Positions 21,357 through 33,710 of a DNA stretch of 64,000 nucleotides are shown piece after piece. Position 1 is the first letter of the stretch. Every line of letters starts with the position of its first letter. The position numbers were made by a program, and so were the translations under genes. Source of the DNA: Methanobacteriota archaeon. Lineage in GTDB: Archaea; Methanobacteriota; Methanobacteria; Methanobacteriales; Methanobacteriaceae. A model generated the notes under the pieces. That model saw nothing but the letters and a program-made list of their open reading frames with translations. It was not told the origin of the DNA and searched no databases. Location: positions 512,001 through 576,000 of the forward strand of contig CAWBCJ010000029.1 in NCBI GenBank assembly GCA_963787255.1, written 5' to 3'.

Positions 21357-23663
21357 TTGAAAGATATTCATGCAATAGCCGCTTTGCCAACAAAGGCAAA
21401 GACATGTGTTTTAAAGAATAATGGAATATATGAAAAATTCAGCCACGAGAAGATCGTCAGGTCCTCTCTTATGGTAGGCGCGCCCTTATGGGCTGCAGAG
21501 AAAATAGCATGGTCAGTAGCAACAGCTGCTTATGATGGAATCTCCACTGCCGAAATTAAGATGCTGGTATATGATTGTCTTAAAAAAATTGATGAAAAAT
21601 TCGCGGATAAATATCTTGCAACCAATCAATTGAAGGTTAGAACTACCAGAGATACAATAGAGCCATTTGACAAGACTAAGATTGAAAATACTCTAATTGT
21701 AGAAACAAATGCATCAAAAGAGCTTGCTGAAGAAATAGCTAATGATGCATGGAAAGAACTTAAAAAATTAGATGTTGAATACCTCACAGCCCCAATGATA
21801 AGGGAAATTGTAAACACCAAACTTGTGGAACATGGTCTAGAAACATTAAGACGAAAATATACAAGGGTTGGTATCCCTGTATACAACATCACAAACCTAA
21901 TTCAAAACGGCTCCCGTGATAATGCAAACATGATTCATAATCCTGAGACTGTTCACAAATATGTTGCAGATGAGGCACTCAAGCAGTACGCATTGTTACA
22001 CATTCTTCCAAATGACTTAGCAGATGCACACATGGGCGGCGACCTTCATATTCACGATCTTGAATTCTTCGCAGGACGCCCAGTAAACTGTTTACAGCAT
22101 GATTTAAGGATATTTATAAGGAATGGGCTTAAAGTAGACGGTACTGGAGACCATACATCGGTAGCAGGCCCTCCAAACCATATTGAAACATTAATGAATC
22201 ATTCAGGCGAAATAATGCTTGCATCTCAACAGAACATGAGTGGTGGGCAATCTATGAGCCTCTGGAATGTATTTGTAGCTCCATTTGCCGCTGGTTTACC
22301 TTATGCAAAGGTAAAACAAGCAGTGCAAATGTTCATCTACAATCTGAACATGGCTTATGCTGCAAGAGGCTCACAGGTTCCATTTACAAGCATCAACCTG
22401 GAATTTACCGTACCTTCATTTTTAAAAGATGAACCAGCATATGGGCCAAGAGGACAGCAGGTAGGGACATATGGGGACTTTGAAGAAGAAACAAGAATGT
22501 TACAACGTGCATTTACCGAAACGCTCCTTGAAGGAGATTCAGATGGTAAACCTCACCTTTTCCCAAACACACCTTACGTTTTAAGGAAGGAAGTCCTAAA
22601 ACCCGAATTTGAAGAAGATTTAAGACGAGTACATGAACTTTCCGCTAAATTTGGATCTCCTTACTTTATAAACATGCTTCCAGATTACAGAGGCAAAATG
22701 GCAAATTATATGGGATGCAGAACATCATTAAGTGATAACTGGACTGGAGACTGGGAAAAAGACTGTTTCAGAACAGGAAACCTTGCTTATGTCACATTAA
22801 ACCTTCCAAGAATTGCATATAATTCAAGGGATGAAAATGACATATTTGAATATCTTGACTCCTACATGGGCCTTGGTAAAGAAATTTTAATGCTTAGAAG
22901 AGATCAAGCCCTTAAATGCCTTAATAATTACAATTTACTCCCATTCCTTTCACAAGAAGTCGGCGACGAAATGTATTATAGAATAGATAATTCTACCATG
23001 TCATTTGGTTTTGTTGGCCTAAATGAAATGCTTCTATCCTCAATGGGTGCAGGACTTGAAGATAAGGATGCTAATAAATTTGGATTAAAAGTAATTGATT
23101 ATATGAATGATAGAGTTGGCGAATTAAAGGCCGAAACAGATTTAAGATGGACAGTTCTCCAAACACCGGCAGAATCAACAGCATACAGATTCGCAACACT
23201 CGATCAAGAAAAATACAAGGACAAAATCATTGCAAATGGTGATGAAAAAACTGTTTATTACACCAACTCATCCCACGTTCCGGTTAATTCTGATGTACTG
23301 CTCCCAGAAAAGATTAAAATCGAAGAACAATATCACTCCAAGACACTTGGAGGTCACATTTTCCATGCATTCATGGGAGAATCCTATTCAGACCCTGACT
23401 CACTCCTAAGCCTTACAAATAAGATTGCAAAGAACTCAGACATTGGATTCTGGGCATACAGCTCAGCATTAAGCTTCTGCATAAAATGTAAGACCTTAAT
23501 GAAAGGTTTACAGAATACCTGCGGAACATGCGGAGAAACAACAGAAGTTGAATGGTATGACAGAATAACTGGCTACGTTCAACAGGTTGGAAGGTCTAAA
23601 TCTGCATCAGGTGGATGGAATCCTGGTAAAATGAAGGAATTAATGGATAGAAAGAGATTTTAA
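21357..23663 (+). CDS. nrdD: Class III anaerobic ribonucleoside-triphosphate reductase with two ATP-cone domains
   Basis: HIHDL, YMGCRT, TPAES and glycyl-radical motif YDRITGYV. Confidence 0.96.
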   Translation: MKDIHAIAALPTKAKTCVLKNNGIYEKFSHEKIVRSSLMVGAPLWAAEKIAWSVATAAYDGISTAEIKMLVYDCLKKIDEKFADKYLATNQLKVRTTRDTIEPFDKTKIENTLIVETNASKELAEEIANDAWKELKKLDVEYLTAPMIREIVNTKLVEHGLETLRRKYTRVGIPVYNITNLIQNGSRDNANMIHNPETVHKYVADEALKQYALLHILPNDLADAHMGGDLHIHDLEFFAGRPVNCLQHDLRIFIRNGLKVDGTGDHTSVAGPPNHIETLMNHSGEIMLASQQNMSGGQSMSLWNVFVAPFAAGLPYAKVKQAVQMFIYNLNMAYAARGSQVPFTSINLEFTVPSFLKDEPAYGPRGQQVGTYGDFEEETRMLQRAFTETLLEGDSDGKPHLFPNTPYVLRKEVLKPEFEEDLRRVHELSAKFGSPYFINMLPDYRGKMANYMGCRTSLSDNWTGDWEKDCFRTGNLAYVTLNLPRIAYNSRDENDIFEYLDSYMGLGKEILMLRRDQALKCLNNYNLLPFLSQEVGDEMYYRIDNSTMSFGFVGLNEMLLSSMGAGLEDKDANKFGLKVIDYMNDRVGELKAETDLRWTVLQTPAESTAYRFATLDQEKYKDKIIANGDEKTVYYTNSSHVPVNSDVLLPEKIKIEEQYHSKTLGGHIFHAFMGESYSDPDSLLSLTNKIAKNSDIGFWAYSSALSFCIKCKTLMKGLQNTCGTCGETTEVEWYDRITGYVQQVGRSKSASGGWNPGKMKELMDRKRF

Positions 23664-23799
23664 TTCCTTATTTTTTTTAATTTTCTTTTTCAATTAATTT
23701 TTTGAGTCTAAAGAGATATTTTGACCAAATATTAATTTAGAAATATTATAAATTTATTTAAATTCATAAAACGCTTAAGTAAGCATAAGAGGTTAAAAC

Positions 23800-24603
23800 A
23801 TGCCAGAATTTAATCTAAATCAAAATTCATGCCACAGCTGTGGAACATGTGCATCCAGCTGTCCTCTGGGCCATCTTGAAATGAATACATATCCTGAAGT
23901 TATCCCAGAAACAATGTGTTCCACATGCGGCCACTGCGAAGCATCCTGTCCAGAAGGAGCCATCAACATTTCAGGCCCTGAGCTTGAACCTCCATTAGTT
24001 GACATGAGCTCTAAAATCTCATCTGAAGATATGGGAAACTACATGAGAAATCGCAGGTCAATCCGGAATTATAAGAACAAAACAATTCCTCGTGAAACCA
24101 TTGAAGAAGTTATGGACATTGTCAGGTTTGCCCCATCTGGCGTAAATCAACAACCTATAGAATGGATTATTATTGAAGATTCGCAAAAGGTCAAAGAACT
24201 TGCAGGATTATGTATAAACTGGATGGAAAAATTAGTTGAAGATAATTCTCCATTAACTCAAGTACTTCCAATTGAATCTTTAATTAAAGTTTGGAAAACA
24301 GGATTGGATCCTATTTTAAGAGGAGCACCTCACGTATTCATTGCTACTGCCAAAGCTCAGGAGGGAAGCGCTCCAACTGATGGAGTTATTGCCCTAAGTC
24401 ATCTGGAACTGGCATTACCTTCTTTTAGTCTGGGTTCCTGTTGGGCAGGTTTTCTTAAAATGGCATCTGATTTTGAACCAATAAAAGAATTTTTAGGATT
24501 AAAGGAAGATGAATTGTTTATTGGAGCTTTAATGGTGGGATACCCTGAATGTAAGTTTTTTAGAGTTCCTAAACGGAAAAAATTGTCTGTAAAATATATT
24601 TAA
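23800..24603 (+). CDS. Nitroreductase with N-terminal 2x[4Fe-4S] ferredoxin domain
   Basis: Two CxxCxxCxxxCP motifs; RRSIRNY, APSGVN and GSCWAG. Confidence 0.88.
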   Translation: MPEFNLNQNSCHSCGTCASSCPLGHLEMNTYPEVIPETMCSTCGHCEASCPEGAINISGPELEPPLVDMSSKISSEDMGNYMRNRRSIRNYKNKTIPRETIEEVMDIVRFAPSGVNQQPIEWIIIEDSQKVKELAGLCINWMEKLVEDNSPLTQVLPIESLIKVWKTGLDPILRGAPHVFIATAKAQEGSAPTDGVIALSHLELALPSFSLGSCWAGFLKMASDFEPIKEFLGLKEDELFIGALMVGYPECKFFRVPKRKKLSVKYI

Positions 24604-24777
24604 TCAAAAAAAAGGATTAAATCATTTATTTTTTTTATTTTGCAAGAGATATTAGTTGCAATTTTGCTATTGAGATTATTGATTTTAAAAATTAAAAAGC
24701 AAACTATTTTTCAATTTAAATCAATATATTATTTAAAATTGAATTTATTGAACAATTTTTTGTTTAAAAGTGATTCT

Positions 24778-26264
24778 ATGACCAAAAAAATAATCATAAT
24801 CGGTGGAGGAATCGCAGGGCTCTCCACAGGAATTTACGCCCAAATGAACGGTTACAGTGCTACAATATTTGAAAAACACAGTAAACCTGGTGGTTTATGC
24901 ACTTCATGGCACCGTAAAGACTTCACATTCGATTACTGCATTCATAATCTCGCAGGAACTGGTAATGTGCGTCTAAGGGGAGTTTGGAATGATTTGGGTG
25001 CTTTTGAAGGCACAGAAATTATTAATCACGAAGCTTTCACACGTGTTGAAGATAGTCATGGTAATGCGCTTAATATTTACACAGACCTTGATGATTAGAA
25101 AAACATATGAAAGAAATTGCTCCAGAAGATTCCAAAGCAATTGAAGAATATGTGAAAGCTGGAAAATCTCTTTCAGGTGCTGATTTCTTTGCAATGAATA
25201 TGGGTGGAACCATGAGCAAGCTGAAAATGGCAACTAATTTACCTAAAATTATGAAATGGGGTAAAATCAATTTAAAAGATTATGCAGAAAAATTCAGCAA
25301 TGAATTCCTTAAAAAAGCATTTCCACATGTTCAATATAATATGAAGGGCTCAGATATACCCATGTTCCCTCATCTACTCTTTTTATCCGGTTTTAATGTT
25401 GGAGATTTGGGCTGGCCTAAAGGTGGTTCACTGGAATTTAGCCGCAGAGTGGCAAAAAGATTCAATGATTTAGGTGGTAAACTGAATCAGAAGTCTAAAG
25501 TTGAAAAAATAATAGTGGAAGACGATAAATCAGTGGGGATCATTCTTGAAGATGGAAGCGAACATCGAGCCGATATTATTATATCTGCAGCAGACGGTCA
25601 CGAAACCATCTACAAAATGTTAGATGGAAAATACACCAATGAAACTATTGACAAGTATTATCAAGCTTATTTAGAAGAACAGGGGTTTGGATTGCAGGTC
25701 TATCTTGGGCTTAATAGAGATTTATCTGATGAGCCCCATGCTATTGCTTTACTTTTAGATGAACCCGTAAAGCTTGAATTAGAAGAAAGGGATTCATTAT
25801 ACCTTGAATTATTTGATTCAAACTCTGGAGTTGCACCCGAAGGAAAATCAGTTATAAAAGTCGTTACTGAAGGAAATTACAACCACTGGAAGAAAATGCG
25901 TGAAGAAGACATGGAAAAATATCGACAGGAAAAAGAAGCAGTTTACCAGAAAGTCCTGGAAATACTTGAAAAGAGATTCCCCGGTATAAAAGAGCAGGTT
26001 GAAATCCATGACATTACAACACCAGTTACTGTGGAAAGATTCACTCTTAATTTCCATGGATTGCAACCCTGGCCCGCACCTGAAAGTGGAATGAAGATTA
26101 TGTTGAGTGGATTAAGTAAAACTCTTCCAGGACTTGAAAACTTCTACATGGTTGGTCAATGGGCCAGCGCAATGATTGGAGTTTCTAATGCAGCGATTAT
26201 GGGTCGAAATCTTGTAAAAGATATCTGTAAACAGGATAAAAAGAAATTTAAGACTAAAATATAA
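24778..26264 (+). CDS. Phytoene-desaturase-like FAD oxidoreductase, one frameshift near 25095
   Basis: GGGIAGL...EKH..PGG in the first frame, continuing in the 25107 frame (WPKGGS, YMVGQW). Confidence 0.78.
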
Positions 26265-26316
26265 TTGAAATTTAAGAGAAATAAAAATCCGTAACTTGAA
26301 TGCTAATTCTTTTAAA

Positions 26317-27483
26317 CTATTTATTTTTAAAATCAAGCACTGATAAAGCAGCAGTTCCATCTTCAAGCTTTATTAATTCAGTAACTGATTCAGATGAAGC
26401 TCCAAAGCCGTGACAAATCATAGTATGTCTTCCAGTGCCTCCAGCAACAACAATAATCACATCTTCAGGTTTCCGTGTTATCTTAACATTTCCATCACGA
26501 ATCCACTTTTCATCCAGCTTTCTCCCTCCTCTATCACCAAGTTCAGCCGGTACAAGTGCGTTCTTGTGGAAATAATTTTTCACGTCTTTTTTACTCCACC
26601 CATCATCTGATATTGTCTTTGCATGTTCTGGGCTCATTATAACAAGCATTTCGCCGGGTACATGGCTGTTATTGCAACCTGCAACTGATGCAGTATCAAT
26701 TATTGTGTCCATTAGATCTTTTGCAGTTTTACTTCGATGATCATTTACATTATGGGGTGAATCTAAGGCCATCATTGTTACAGTGCTTTCATTTTTTCTA
26801 AATCCACGTTCTACATGCAACGGTTCCCATGGATTATCATTTTCAGCCTCTCCAAAGCAAAAACTGTACTTTGAAGGCGAGCCCATTGTGGCATGATCGC
26901 CAATTCCGGGAATCGCTCCGGCTATGTTTATGAGGCATAGTCTTATTGCTCTTCCAATTGTGGCATTTGCGATATTTCCTGGACCTAAACAACCAGCACC
27001 ACTATTAATACCAATTTCATATGCTATTGGACCATTTAAAATTCCGCATATTGCTACAGGATGCGTAGTTGCGTTTACTCCGGGCAAATTGAACTTTTCC
27101 TCAGAAATTGCCTTAATCGAGTGTTGAATTATGGGCATAAATTGTGGAATGCAGCCCGCCATCACAGAATTCACGGCTATTTTTTCCACTGTTGCTTTTC
27201 CAGATCTTGGTGGAAGTACCGCTATTAAATCATCCTTATTTAAGCCGCTAAATTCAATGAATTTACGTATTCGTTCTCCTGTTGGTGGAATTATTGGTAA
27301 ACCATCAGTTTGCTTTTTCATGTAAAATTCATAGCTTATTTTTTCTGCATCAGGATCTACAAAAACTTCAATATCGCTTTTGGACGTGCTACAAAGGCGT
27401 TCTTCACCCTTTTCTATATTTTGATTTAATAAATCTTCAATGGAACATCCACATGTATCTTTGTTGATTTTTTTGTCTTTCAT
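26317..27483 (-). CDS. Conserved uncharacterised partner of UGSC-family proteins
   Basis: [35 protein letters not shown] and [10 protein letters not shown] motifs. Confidence 0.7.
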   Translation of the reverse strand: MKDKKINKDTCGCSIEDLLNQNIEKGEERLCSTSKSDIEVFVDPDAEKISYEFYMKKQTDGLPIIPPTGERIRKFIEFSGLNKDDLIAVLPPRSGKATVEKIAVNSVMAGCIPQFMPIIQHSIKAISEEKFNLPGVNATTHPVAICGILNGPIAYEIGINSGAGCLGPGNIANATIGRAIRLCLINIAGAIPGIGDHATMGSPSKYSFCFGEAENDNPWEPLHVERGFRKNESTVTMMALDSPHNVNDHRSKTAKDLMDTIIDTASVAGCNNSHVPGEMLVIMSPEHAKTISDDGWSKKDVKNYFHKNALVPAELGDRGGRKLDEKWIRDGNVKITRKPEDVIIVVAGGTGRHTMICHGFGASSESVTELIKLEDGTAALSVLDFKNK

Positions 27484-27501
27484 TAAATGCCCTCGACAAA
27501 T

Positions 27502-28017
27502 TTAAGTTATATTCAGTAATTTTTTGACTTCAGGAATGATTTTTTCAGTTTTAGCTTTCACTTCGTCTTCTTCAAGCCCTGCAATGGGGTGCTCAATCTC
27601 AATTATCCTTAAACTCTCTGCTCCCTGAGCTTTTGCCAGTGAATATGCATAATCGGTGAACTTATGAGAACAAATGGAAATTGTAGATTTTCCTTCTTTT
27701 TCAAGCCTTATTGCATCTAAAATTACCCAAGTTGTGCATGAACCGCAGTCTCCAAGAGCTAAAATCACTACATCTCCTTTCATGGCCTTTTTCATCTGTT
27801 TTTCTGTTGCATGAGCACCAGCTGGCTTTTTAGCAGATATTGGACTTATTTTTAAATTTTTATTTATTGTTTCTAAAATAATGTCTGCATTGGGCTTTGT
27901 ATTGTCAAAATATGTTATTTTATTGATTTTTTGTGGAATTTCAGTTAATTCTATTTTTTCTGCTGCAGATTCACCTAATGGATCCATTACTTCTTTTTCT
28001 ATGATATTAACTCTCAT
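27502..28017 (-). CDS. UGSC-family (seleno)protein, Cys form
   Basis: DNTKPNA, LGDCGSCT, LEKEGK and IEHPIAG motifs; GGAGA RBS before ATG 28017. Confidence 0.75.
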   Translation of the reverse strand: MRVNIIEKEVMDPLGESAAEKIELTEIPQKINKITYFDNTKPNADIILETINKNLKISPISAKKPAGAHATEKQMKKAMKGDVVILALGDCGSCTTWVILDAIRLEKEGKSTISICSHKFTDYAYSLAKAQGAESLRIIEIEHPIAGLEEDEVKAKTEKIIPEVKKLLNIT

Positions 28018-28158
28018 TTTAATCTCCTGAAGCATTAATAATGAATTTATCTTAATCATTGAAAGGGTGAGAATAATTTAAAATCAGAATTATTTTTATA
28101 TTTCATTATTATTTTCCATCTTTTATAAGTTACTCAATCAAACACTTTTTTCATATTA

Positions 28159-29424
28159 TCATTTTTTCGGCTTTATGAAAGCTAATACGATGCCTATAAT
28201 TGTTATGGCTATTCCTAATGCAATCGCGCTGAAATTAAGTTGGAATAGGAGTATAATACAGGTAATTAGCCCAAAAACTGGTAATAATGGTAAACGCTTT
28301 ACATTTAGTGGTATTCTAAATGGTCTTTTTAAATCAGGAGATATGTATCTTAGAATAATTACTGAGGCATTTATGAAGATGAAACTTAAAAATAGTGCAT
28401 AATTAGTAGCGCTTGCAAGAAATTCTAAATTTCCGACAAAAATGAATCCAATTGCAACCATTCCCACAATGATGATTGATACCCATGGTGTTCTAGTTTT
28501 AGAATGTACTTTTTTAAGTATTAAAGGAAGCGAATTAGATTCGGACATACCATAAACTATCCTGGAACCTGCTAAAAGTAACAAAAGAACTGTATTACTC
28601 GTTGCAAATAGTGCTATTATAGAAAGTAAGAATGATCCATTAGGCCCAAGTGCAGTAAACGCTATTTGGGAAAATGGGGCCTGTGAATTAGCAAGAGCTT
28701 CCCAGCCAAGTATGCTAACTGAGCTAAAAGCCACAAGAATGTACAAAACTGTGCTTATTATCATTGCAAGTATAATTGCCCGGGGAATGTTTTTATTTGG
28801 TTCGATAGTCTCTTCTGAAAGCTTAACGATCTCTTCAAAACCAAGATAAGCAAAAAAAATCAAAGCTGCAGATGCAAAAATTCCATTTAAGCCTAAAGGC
28901 ATTTCAAAATAATTAACAGTTCCATAATAAGGTATTCCAATAAAAAAGATAATTAAGAGACCAAGAGCTTCTATGGATGTAAATAAAATTGCAACCCATG
29001 CAGATTCTTTTATTCCAATAAAAAGAATAAATGATAGCACTGCTATTAGACCAATAGCAGAGTAAATTGGAGGTATGTTAAATATTGTTCCCAAATAATT
29101 GCCAAAACCTATAGCAACTGCTGAAGAGCTAATCACTGCACTGAATATAATGATCCAACCTATGATAAATCCAATTCGTTCACCCATGGCATTTTTAACG
29201 TACTCATATTCTGCTGCAGAACTTGGAAACATGGAAGCGAGTTCTGCATAGCTTAAAGCGGTAAAAGCCGCAACGGTGGATGCAATTAGGAATGAAAGCC
29301 ATAGGGCGTTCCCTGCTAAAGGTGCTGCTTCTCCAAGGAGTGCGTATATACCTGCACCAAGTATTATTCCTATTCCGGATACAGTAACTTCAAAAAGCCC
29401 TAATTTACGTTTTAAAGACTTAAT
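28159..29424 (-). CDS. APC-family amino acid permease; reading frame extends 64 codons upstream of the ORF-track start
   Basis: Upstream frame reads IKSLKRKLGLFEV...GIILGAGIY...SYAELAS; also FFAYLGFEE and RPFRIP. Confidence 0.88.
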   Translation of the reverse strand: MKSLKRKLGLFEVTVSGIGIILGAGIYALLGEAAPLAGNALWLSFLIASTVAAFTALSYAELASMFPSSAAEYEYVKNAMGERIGFIIGWIIIFSAVISSSAVAIGFGNYLGTIFNIPPIYSAIGLIAVLSFILFIGIKESAWVAILFTSIEALGLLIIFFIGIPYYGTVNYFEMPLGLNGIFASAALIFFAYLGFEEIVKLSEETIEPNKNIPRAIILAMIISTVLYILVAFSSVSILGWEALANSQAPFSQIAFTALGPNGSFLLSIIALFATSNTVLLLLLAGSRIVYGMSESNSLPLILKKVHSKTRTPWVSIIIVGMVAIGFIFVGNLEFLASATNYALFLSFIFINASVIILRYISPDLKRPFRIPLNVKRLPLLPVFGLITCIILLFQLNFSAIALGIAITIIGIVLAFIKPKK

Positions 29425-29694
29425 TCATTCACCACCCTCATCTCATATTTAATAATTTATGAGGGATGTTAAGAATCATCGATAGATTTCGAAATTGTTA
29501 AAATTATGTTTTGAAGACAATTAGTAATACTATTTATAATTTAATTAATATTTAGTATTTTGTTAGTTAATCCAAAACAAAAATTAGATGTTATTTTGAC
29601 TTAAAATTCAATATTTTGAGTTCGAAAATTAAAAAAAAGAATTAAAAACAAATAAAGAAGGAAAAATTAACCTTATTAAGGTTATATACTTAAA

Positions 29695-31272
29695 TTAAGC
29701 TTCCCCTCTAAACCTTTTAATAACAAAATCCTTATCCAAAGATAAAACAAATGAAGCAGCCCTCGGCCCTTGTTTTTTACCAATTATGGTTTTATAAATT
29801 GCCTGGAACCCCTTTTGAGGTTTCATGTCAAACTCTCTAAGAAGATTGTACATCTCATCATGAAGCTCTTCAGCGGTATAATCTTTCTTTTCAAGTAGAT
29901 CTGCTACTTTACGCAAGAATCCGGTCTGATCTTCACCTAAAGGCAATCTAGGAATCTTTTTCATGACCTGGAACTTTACAAATTCTGGTGCATACTTATT
30001 AAGCCAGTTTTTAACGTGACTCAGCCGCATTTGAAGCCTTTTAAGGTCATCTTCACCTAAATCTTCAAACTTCAAATCATTCATATAATCTGGAAGCTGT
30101 GAATTCTTTTTAAGTATCTCAAAGACCTTCTTAATATCTCCACCAGCGATCTGATATGCCACTGTCATAAATCTGTATGAAGGCTGGAAAGGCATTTTCT
30201 CTTTTAATTCAATTTGTGAAATTTCATAAATCTTTTTGCCTTTTTCTTCTTCCTTTTCAGATGCTGGCTCTTCTCCACCGTAATATATTCTTTCAACACG
30301 ATCATATTGGTCAATGAAGTCCAGAAACGGCATCTCAGGGTTGAAATCTTTATGTTTAAGTGGTTTACTACGGAATATAAAGTAATTAAGGGTTTCAGGC
30401 GCCCCTATTTCGAGCCATTGTCCGGGAGTAAAGAACACTCCCTGAGATTTTGACATTGCATCGCCTTTCAAGGTAATCCATTCATAAGGTACAGGATAAG
30501 GAGCAGGATAATCAAATATTTCCTTTGATATAATACTGCTCACATCATAAGATCCGCCGCTTGCTGCATGATCTTTTCCAAAGGGTTCGCAGGTAATACC
30601 GAATATTTTCCATCTTGCAGCCCATTCAACACGCCATGTGAGCTTTCCTAAGCCGGATTTAATGTCCATTGACCCTTCATGACTGCATTCACACCTGTAA
30701 TGAACCATATCTCCATCATAGCCATAGGCAAAAGTTGTATTTATCCGTCCACATTCCTCGCAGATTGGATTGTAGGGAAGCCAATCATCTGCTAGAGGAT
30801 TTTCACGGTATTGATTGAATATCTCCCGAATTTCAGGCGCTTTTTCAAGGGATATTCTAACATAATCGTCATAAACACCTTCCTTGTACATTTTCTCCCC
30901 CGAATAAATCTGGAGAGAAATTCCAAAGTCATCTAAAGTATCAAGGAACGGTTTTTCAAAGTGTTCCACGAAATTTGCACAGCAGTCTTCAGGACATGGA
31001 ATATGAGCGTATGGTATACCTAAATATTTCTCATAACTTGCTGGAAGGGGATAAGGAACCTTACGAAGCGGATCGTAGTCGTCTGCAATCCATATAACTT
31101 CTGCAGGAGCTCCAATACTCTTTAAAGCCTTTGTAACTGCATTTGCAATAAATACATCGCATGAATTCCCGATGTGTATGGAACCGGATATGGATGTTCC
31201 GCTTGCAATTACGTGCTTTTCCACATCTCTTTCATTTAAACTATCTGCAACATTTTCAATCCAATGTTTCAA
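29695..31272 (-). CDS. lysS: Class I lysyl-tRNA synthetase
   Basis: [24 protein letters not shown] and GPR motifs; TTG start. Confidence 0.97.
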   Translation of the reverse strand: MKHWIENVADSLNERDVEKHVIASGTSISGSIHIGNSCDVFIANAVTKALKSIGAPAEVIWIADDYDPLRKVPYPLPASYEKYLGIPYAHIPCPEDCCANFVEHFEKPFLDTLDDFGISLQIYSGEKMYKEGVYDDYVRISLEKAPEIREIFNQYRENPLADDWLPYNPICEECGRINTTFAYGYDGDMVHYRCECSHEGSMDIKSGLGKLTWRVEWAARWKIFGITCEPFGKDHAASGGSYDVSSIISKEIFDYPAPYPVPYEWITLKGDAMSKSQGVFFTPGQWLEIGAPETLNYFIFRSKPLKHKDFNPEMPFLDFIDQYDRVERIYYGGEEPASEKEEEKGKKIYEISQIELKEKMPFQPSYRFMTVAYQIAGGDIKKVFEILKKNSQLPDYMNDLKFEDLGEDDLKRLQMRLSHVKNWLNKYAPEFVKFQVMKKIPRLPLGEDQTGFLRKVADLLEKKDYTAEELHDEMYNLLREFDMKPQKGFQAIYKTIIGKKQGPRAASFVLSLDKDFVIKRFRGEA

Positions 31273-31416
31273 TCAAATCACCTGTATCTATATAATCATA
31301 AATCATGTTTAAAAATAATAAAATTAAATTTAAGGAAAAAATATGGGATTATTTATAAAAAATGTAATTATTATAAGTTCTATAGTTAAGAAAATAATAA
31401 AATAATGATTAGGAGT

Positions 31417-32715
31417 TTAATCAAACACATTAGTGTCTGCTTCATCCAACCATTCATTTACAATCTTAACTGCACAGAAGCTTCCGCACATTGTACATGT
31501 GTCTTCTTCTTCTGGCGGTCTTTCGTTCCTTATTCTCCTTGCTTCTTCGGGACACATTGCAGAGTTAAACTGCGCTTCCCAGTTGAGCTTTTTACGCGCG
31601 TTAGCCATTACAAGGTCTTTTTCACCGTGGTGAATACCTTTTTGCATGTCTCCAACGTATGCACCAATTCTTGTCGCGATTACACCATCCTTAACATCAT
31701 CTTTGTCAGGTAATGCAAGGTGTTCTGCTGGTGTTACATAACAGATGAAGTCTGCTCCAGCACCTGCTGATGCTGCTGCCCCAATTGAAGATACTATATG
31801 GTCATATCCTGCGCCAATATCAGTTACAATTGGTCCTAACATGTAAAATGGTGCTCCTCTGCATAATTTTTTCTGGAGGACAACGTTTGCAGGGATTTCG
31901 TTTAATGGAATGTGTCCTGGTCCTTCTACAATTGTCTGTACACCTGCTTCTCGTGCTTTGTCAATTAGTTCTCCAAGTACAATTAGTTCCTGGACTGCAG
32001 CACGGTCTGTAGAGTCTGCTATTGCTCCAGCTCTCATGGCGTTAGCCATGGACATAACGAAATCATATTCTTTTGCGATTTCTAATATGTAATCAAAATT
32101 TTTGTATAATGGGTTCTCCAAATCGTTTTCTACCATCCATGCAGATACAAGTGCTCCTCCTCTACTTACAAGTCCTCCTTCACGGCCCTGTCTTTTTAAT
32201 CTTTTGAGGGTTTCCCTGTTTACACTGCAGTGAATTGCCATGAAGTCGATACCGTCTTTTGCCTGTTTTTCAATGGCTTTAAACATGACATCTTCATCCA
32301 TGTAAATAGCAGCGCCCTTTTCTCTTATTGTTTCAATTGCGGCCTGATAGACTGGTACGCTTCCTACGGGAATATCTGAAATTTTTAGAATTCTTCTCCT
32401 TATTTCATCAAGGTCTCCACCAACAGAAAGTTCCATTAAAGTGTCAGCCTTATATTTCATGGCCACTTTGGCCTTTTCTTCTTCCATATCGAAGTCGCAA
32501 ATATCTGTAGATGTCCCGATTGTTGCGTTTACTTTAGTTCTTAGCCCTGCTCCAACACCTACAGCTTTAACTTCTCTGTTAACGTTACTGGGGATGGCTA
32601 TGGTTCCCTGTGCAACAGAATTTCTGATAAATTCCTCTGATACACCTTCAGCAGCTGCAACTGCCTTCATTTCCTCTGTTATTATGCCTTTTTTTGCTTC
32701 ATCCATTTGTGTCAT
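31417..32715 (-). CDS. thiC: Phosphomethylpyrimidine synthase (ThiC/BzaF family)
   Basis: [26 protein letters not shown] and C-terminal CTMCGSFC. Confidence 0.88.
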   Translation of the reverse strand: MTQMDEAKKGIITEEMKAVAAAEGVSEEFIRNSVAQGTIAIPSNVNREVKAVGVGAGLRTKVNATIGTSTDICDFDMEEEKAKVAMKYKADTLMELSVGGDLDEIRRRILKISDIPVGSVPVYQAAIETIREKGAAIYMDEDVMFKAIEKQAKDGIDFMAIHCSVNRETLKRLKRQGREGGLVSRGGALVSAWMVENDLENPLYKNFDYILEIAKEYDFVMSMANAMRAGAIADSTDRAAVQELIVLGELIDKAREAGVQTIVEGPGHIPLNEIPANVVLQKKLCRGAPFYMLGPIVTDIGAGYDHIVSSIGAAASAGAGADFICYVTPAEHLALPDKDDVKDGVIATRIGAYVGDMQKGIHHGEKDLVMANARKKLNWEAQFNSAMCPEEARRIRNERPPEEEDTCTMCGSFCAVKIVNEWLDEADTNVFD

Positions 32716-33037
32716 AGAATCACCATGCTAATTTAGGATATTCTAAACTTTGTTTATACTATATAAAAATTATAGCAATTGTTATGTTCTTGTAAAATAC
32801 TATCTATACCGAACATTATAAGGGTTTTTAATTTGGATATTAATTAAGTTTATGCTTTATTTTTTGTCTAAAATATTACTATTATTATTTAAAATAAACT
32901 TAATCTTAATTTAGGTATATTCCTTTATTTTTTCCAGTTTTTAGATAAATAAAGATTGTTCTTTTAATTGATATTATTTCTGTGTATCTTAAAAAGTAAC
33001 AATTAAAAATAAAAGATTTTGAATTTTAATGTAATTA

Positions 33038-33499
33038 CTATCTTTTTTGAACGGATCCTATTAATGTTCCGTCTATTATGCAGTTAAAATCTACTTTATC
33101 AAGCCAGCCAGCTTCTTTAAACATGCCCATGTAAGATAAGCCAATAAGTTTACCATCTTTTTTAAGTACCTTATCAACCATTTCATTAATTTCTTCAATT
33201 TTCACATTAGCTTTAGGCATTGTTAATCCTCCAAGAAGCGCTAAAACATCCGCCTGAGGAGTTGCTGGTTCAGATAACTGCATTCCTTGAGGAGTGAGTT
33301 CAATTTTCTTAGCACTCTTAATATCAGTTAATGTAATGAAAACAGATTCTTTATCTCTTACAACATAAGCAAAAAGCTCTGCAAAGGGAGTACAAACTCC
33401 TGGAACTCCTGCAAATGCTATCTTTTTTGCATCAGCAACTTCTTGTTTAAATGCCATAAGATTACCATTTATTCCTCTAAATTCGTTTACTATTTCCAT
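33038..33499 (-). CDS. Methanogen protein, DUF2124 family
   Basis: G.PGVCTPFAELFAY, LLGGL.MP and FKEAGW motifs. Confidence 0.75.
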   Translation of the reverse strand: MEIVNEFRGINGNLMAFKQEVADAKKIAFAGVPGVCTPFAELFAYVVRDKESVFITLTDIKSAKKIELTPQGMQLSEPATPQADVLALLGGLTMPKANVKIEEINEMVDKVLKKDGKLIGLSYMGMFKEAGWLDKVDFNCIIDGTLIGSVQKR

Positions 33500-33710
33500 A
33501 ATATTGGCTCCAATAATTATTTTTTACATTAATTTAATAAATATTCCTTCTTTTTAACATTAAATCCATTCAATTAAAAAGTATAGTATAATACTCAAAA
33601 TTATTCTTCTTGATTTTTTTTTAGATAAAAATGTTAAATTATCAATACATTCAATTTAACTTAAAATATAATATCAATATATTCTTTGAGAGTAATATGG
33701 GTAGAAAATT

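Noticed and set aside
17698-23663. Inteins in DP2 or NrdD
   Set aside because: Normal protein lengths, contiguous catalytic motifs and no splice-junction signatures.
25085-25110. Programmed frameshift or pyrrolysine readthrough at TAG
   Set aside because: The downstream part is in another frame and there is no slippery site; a 1-nt deletion explains it.
27735-27752. Selenocysteine in the UGSC protein
   Set aside because: The codon is TGC (Cys).
32716-33037. TPP riboswitch upstream of thiC
   Set aside because: No recognisable conserved core; the region is almost entirely A/T.
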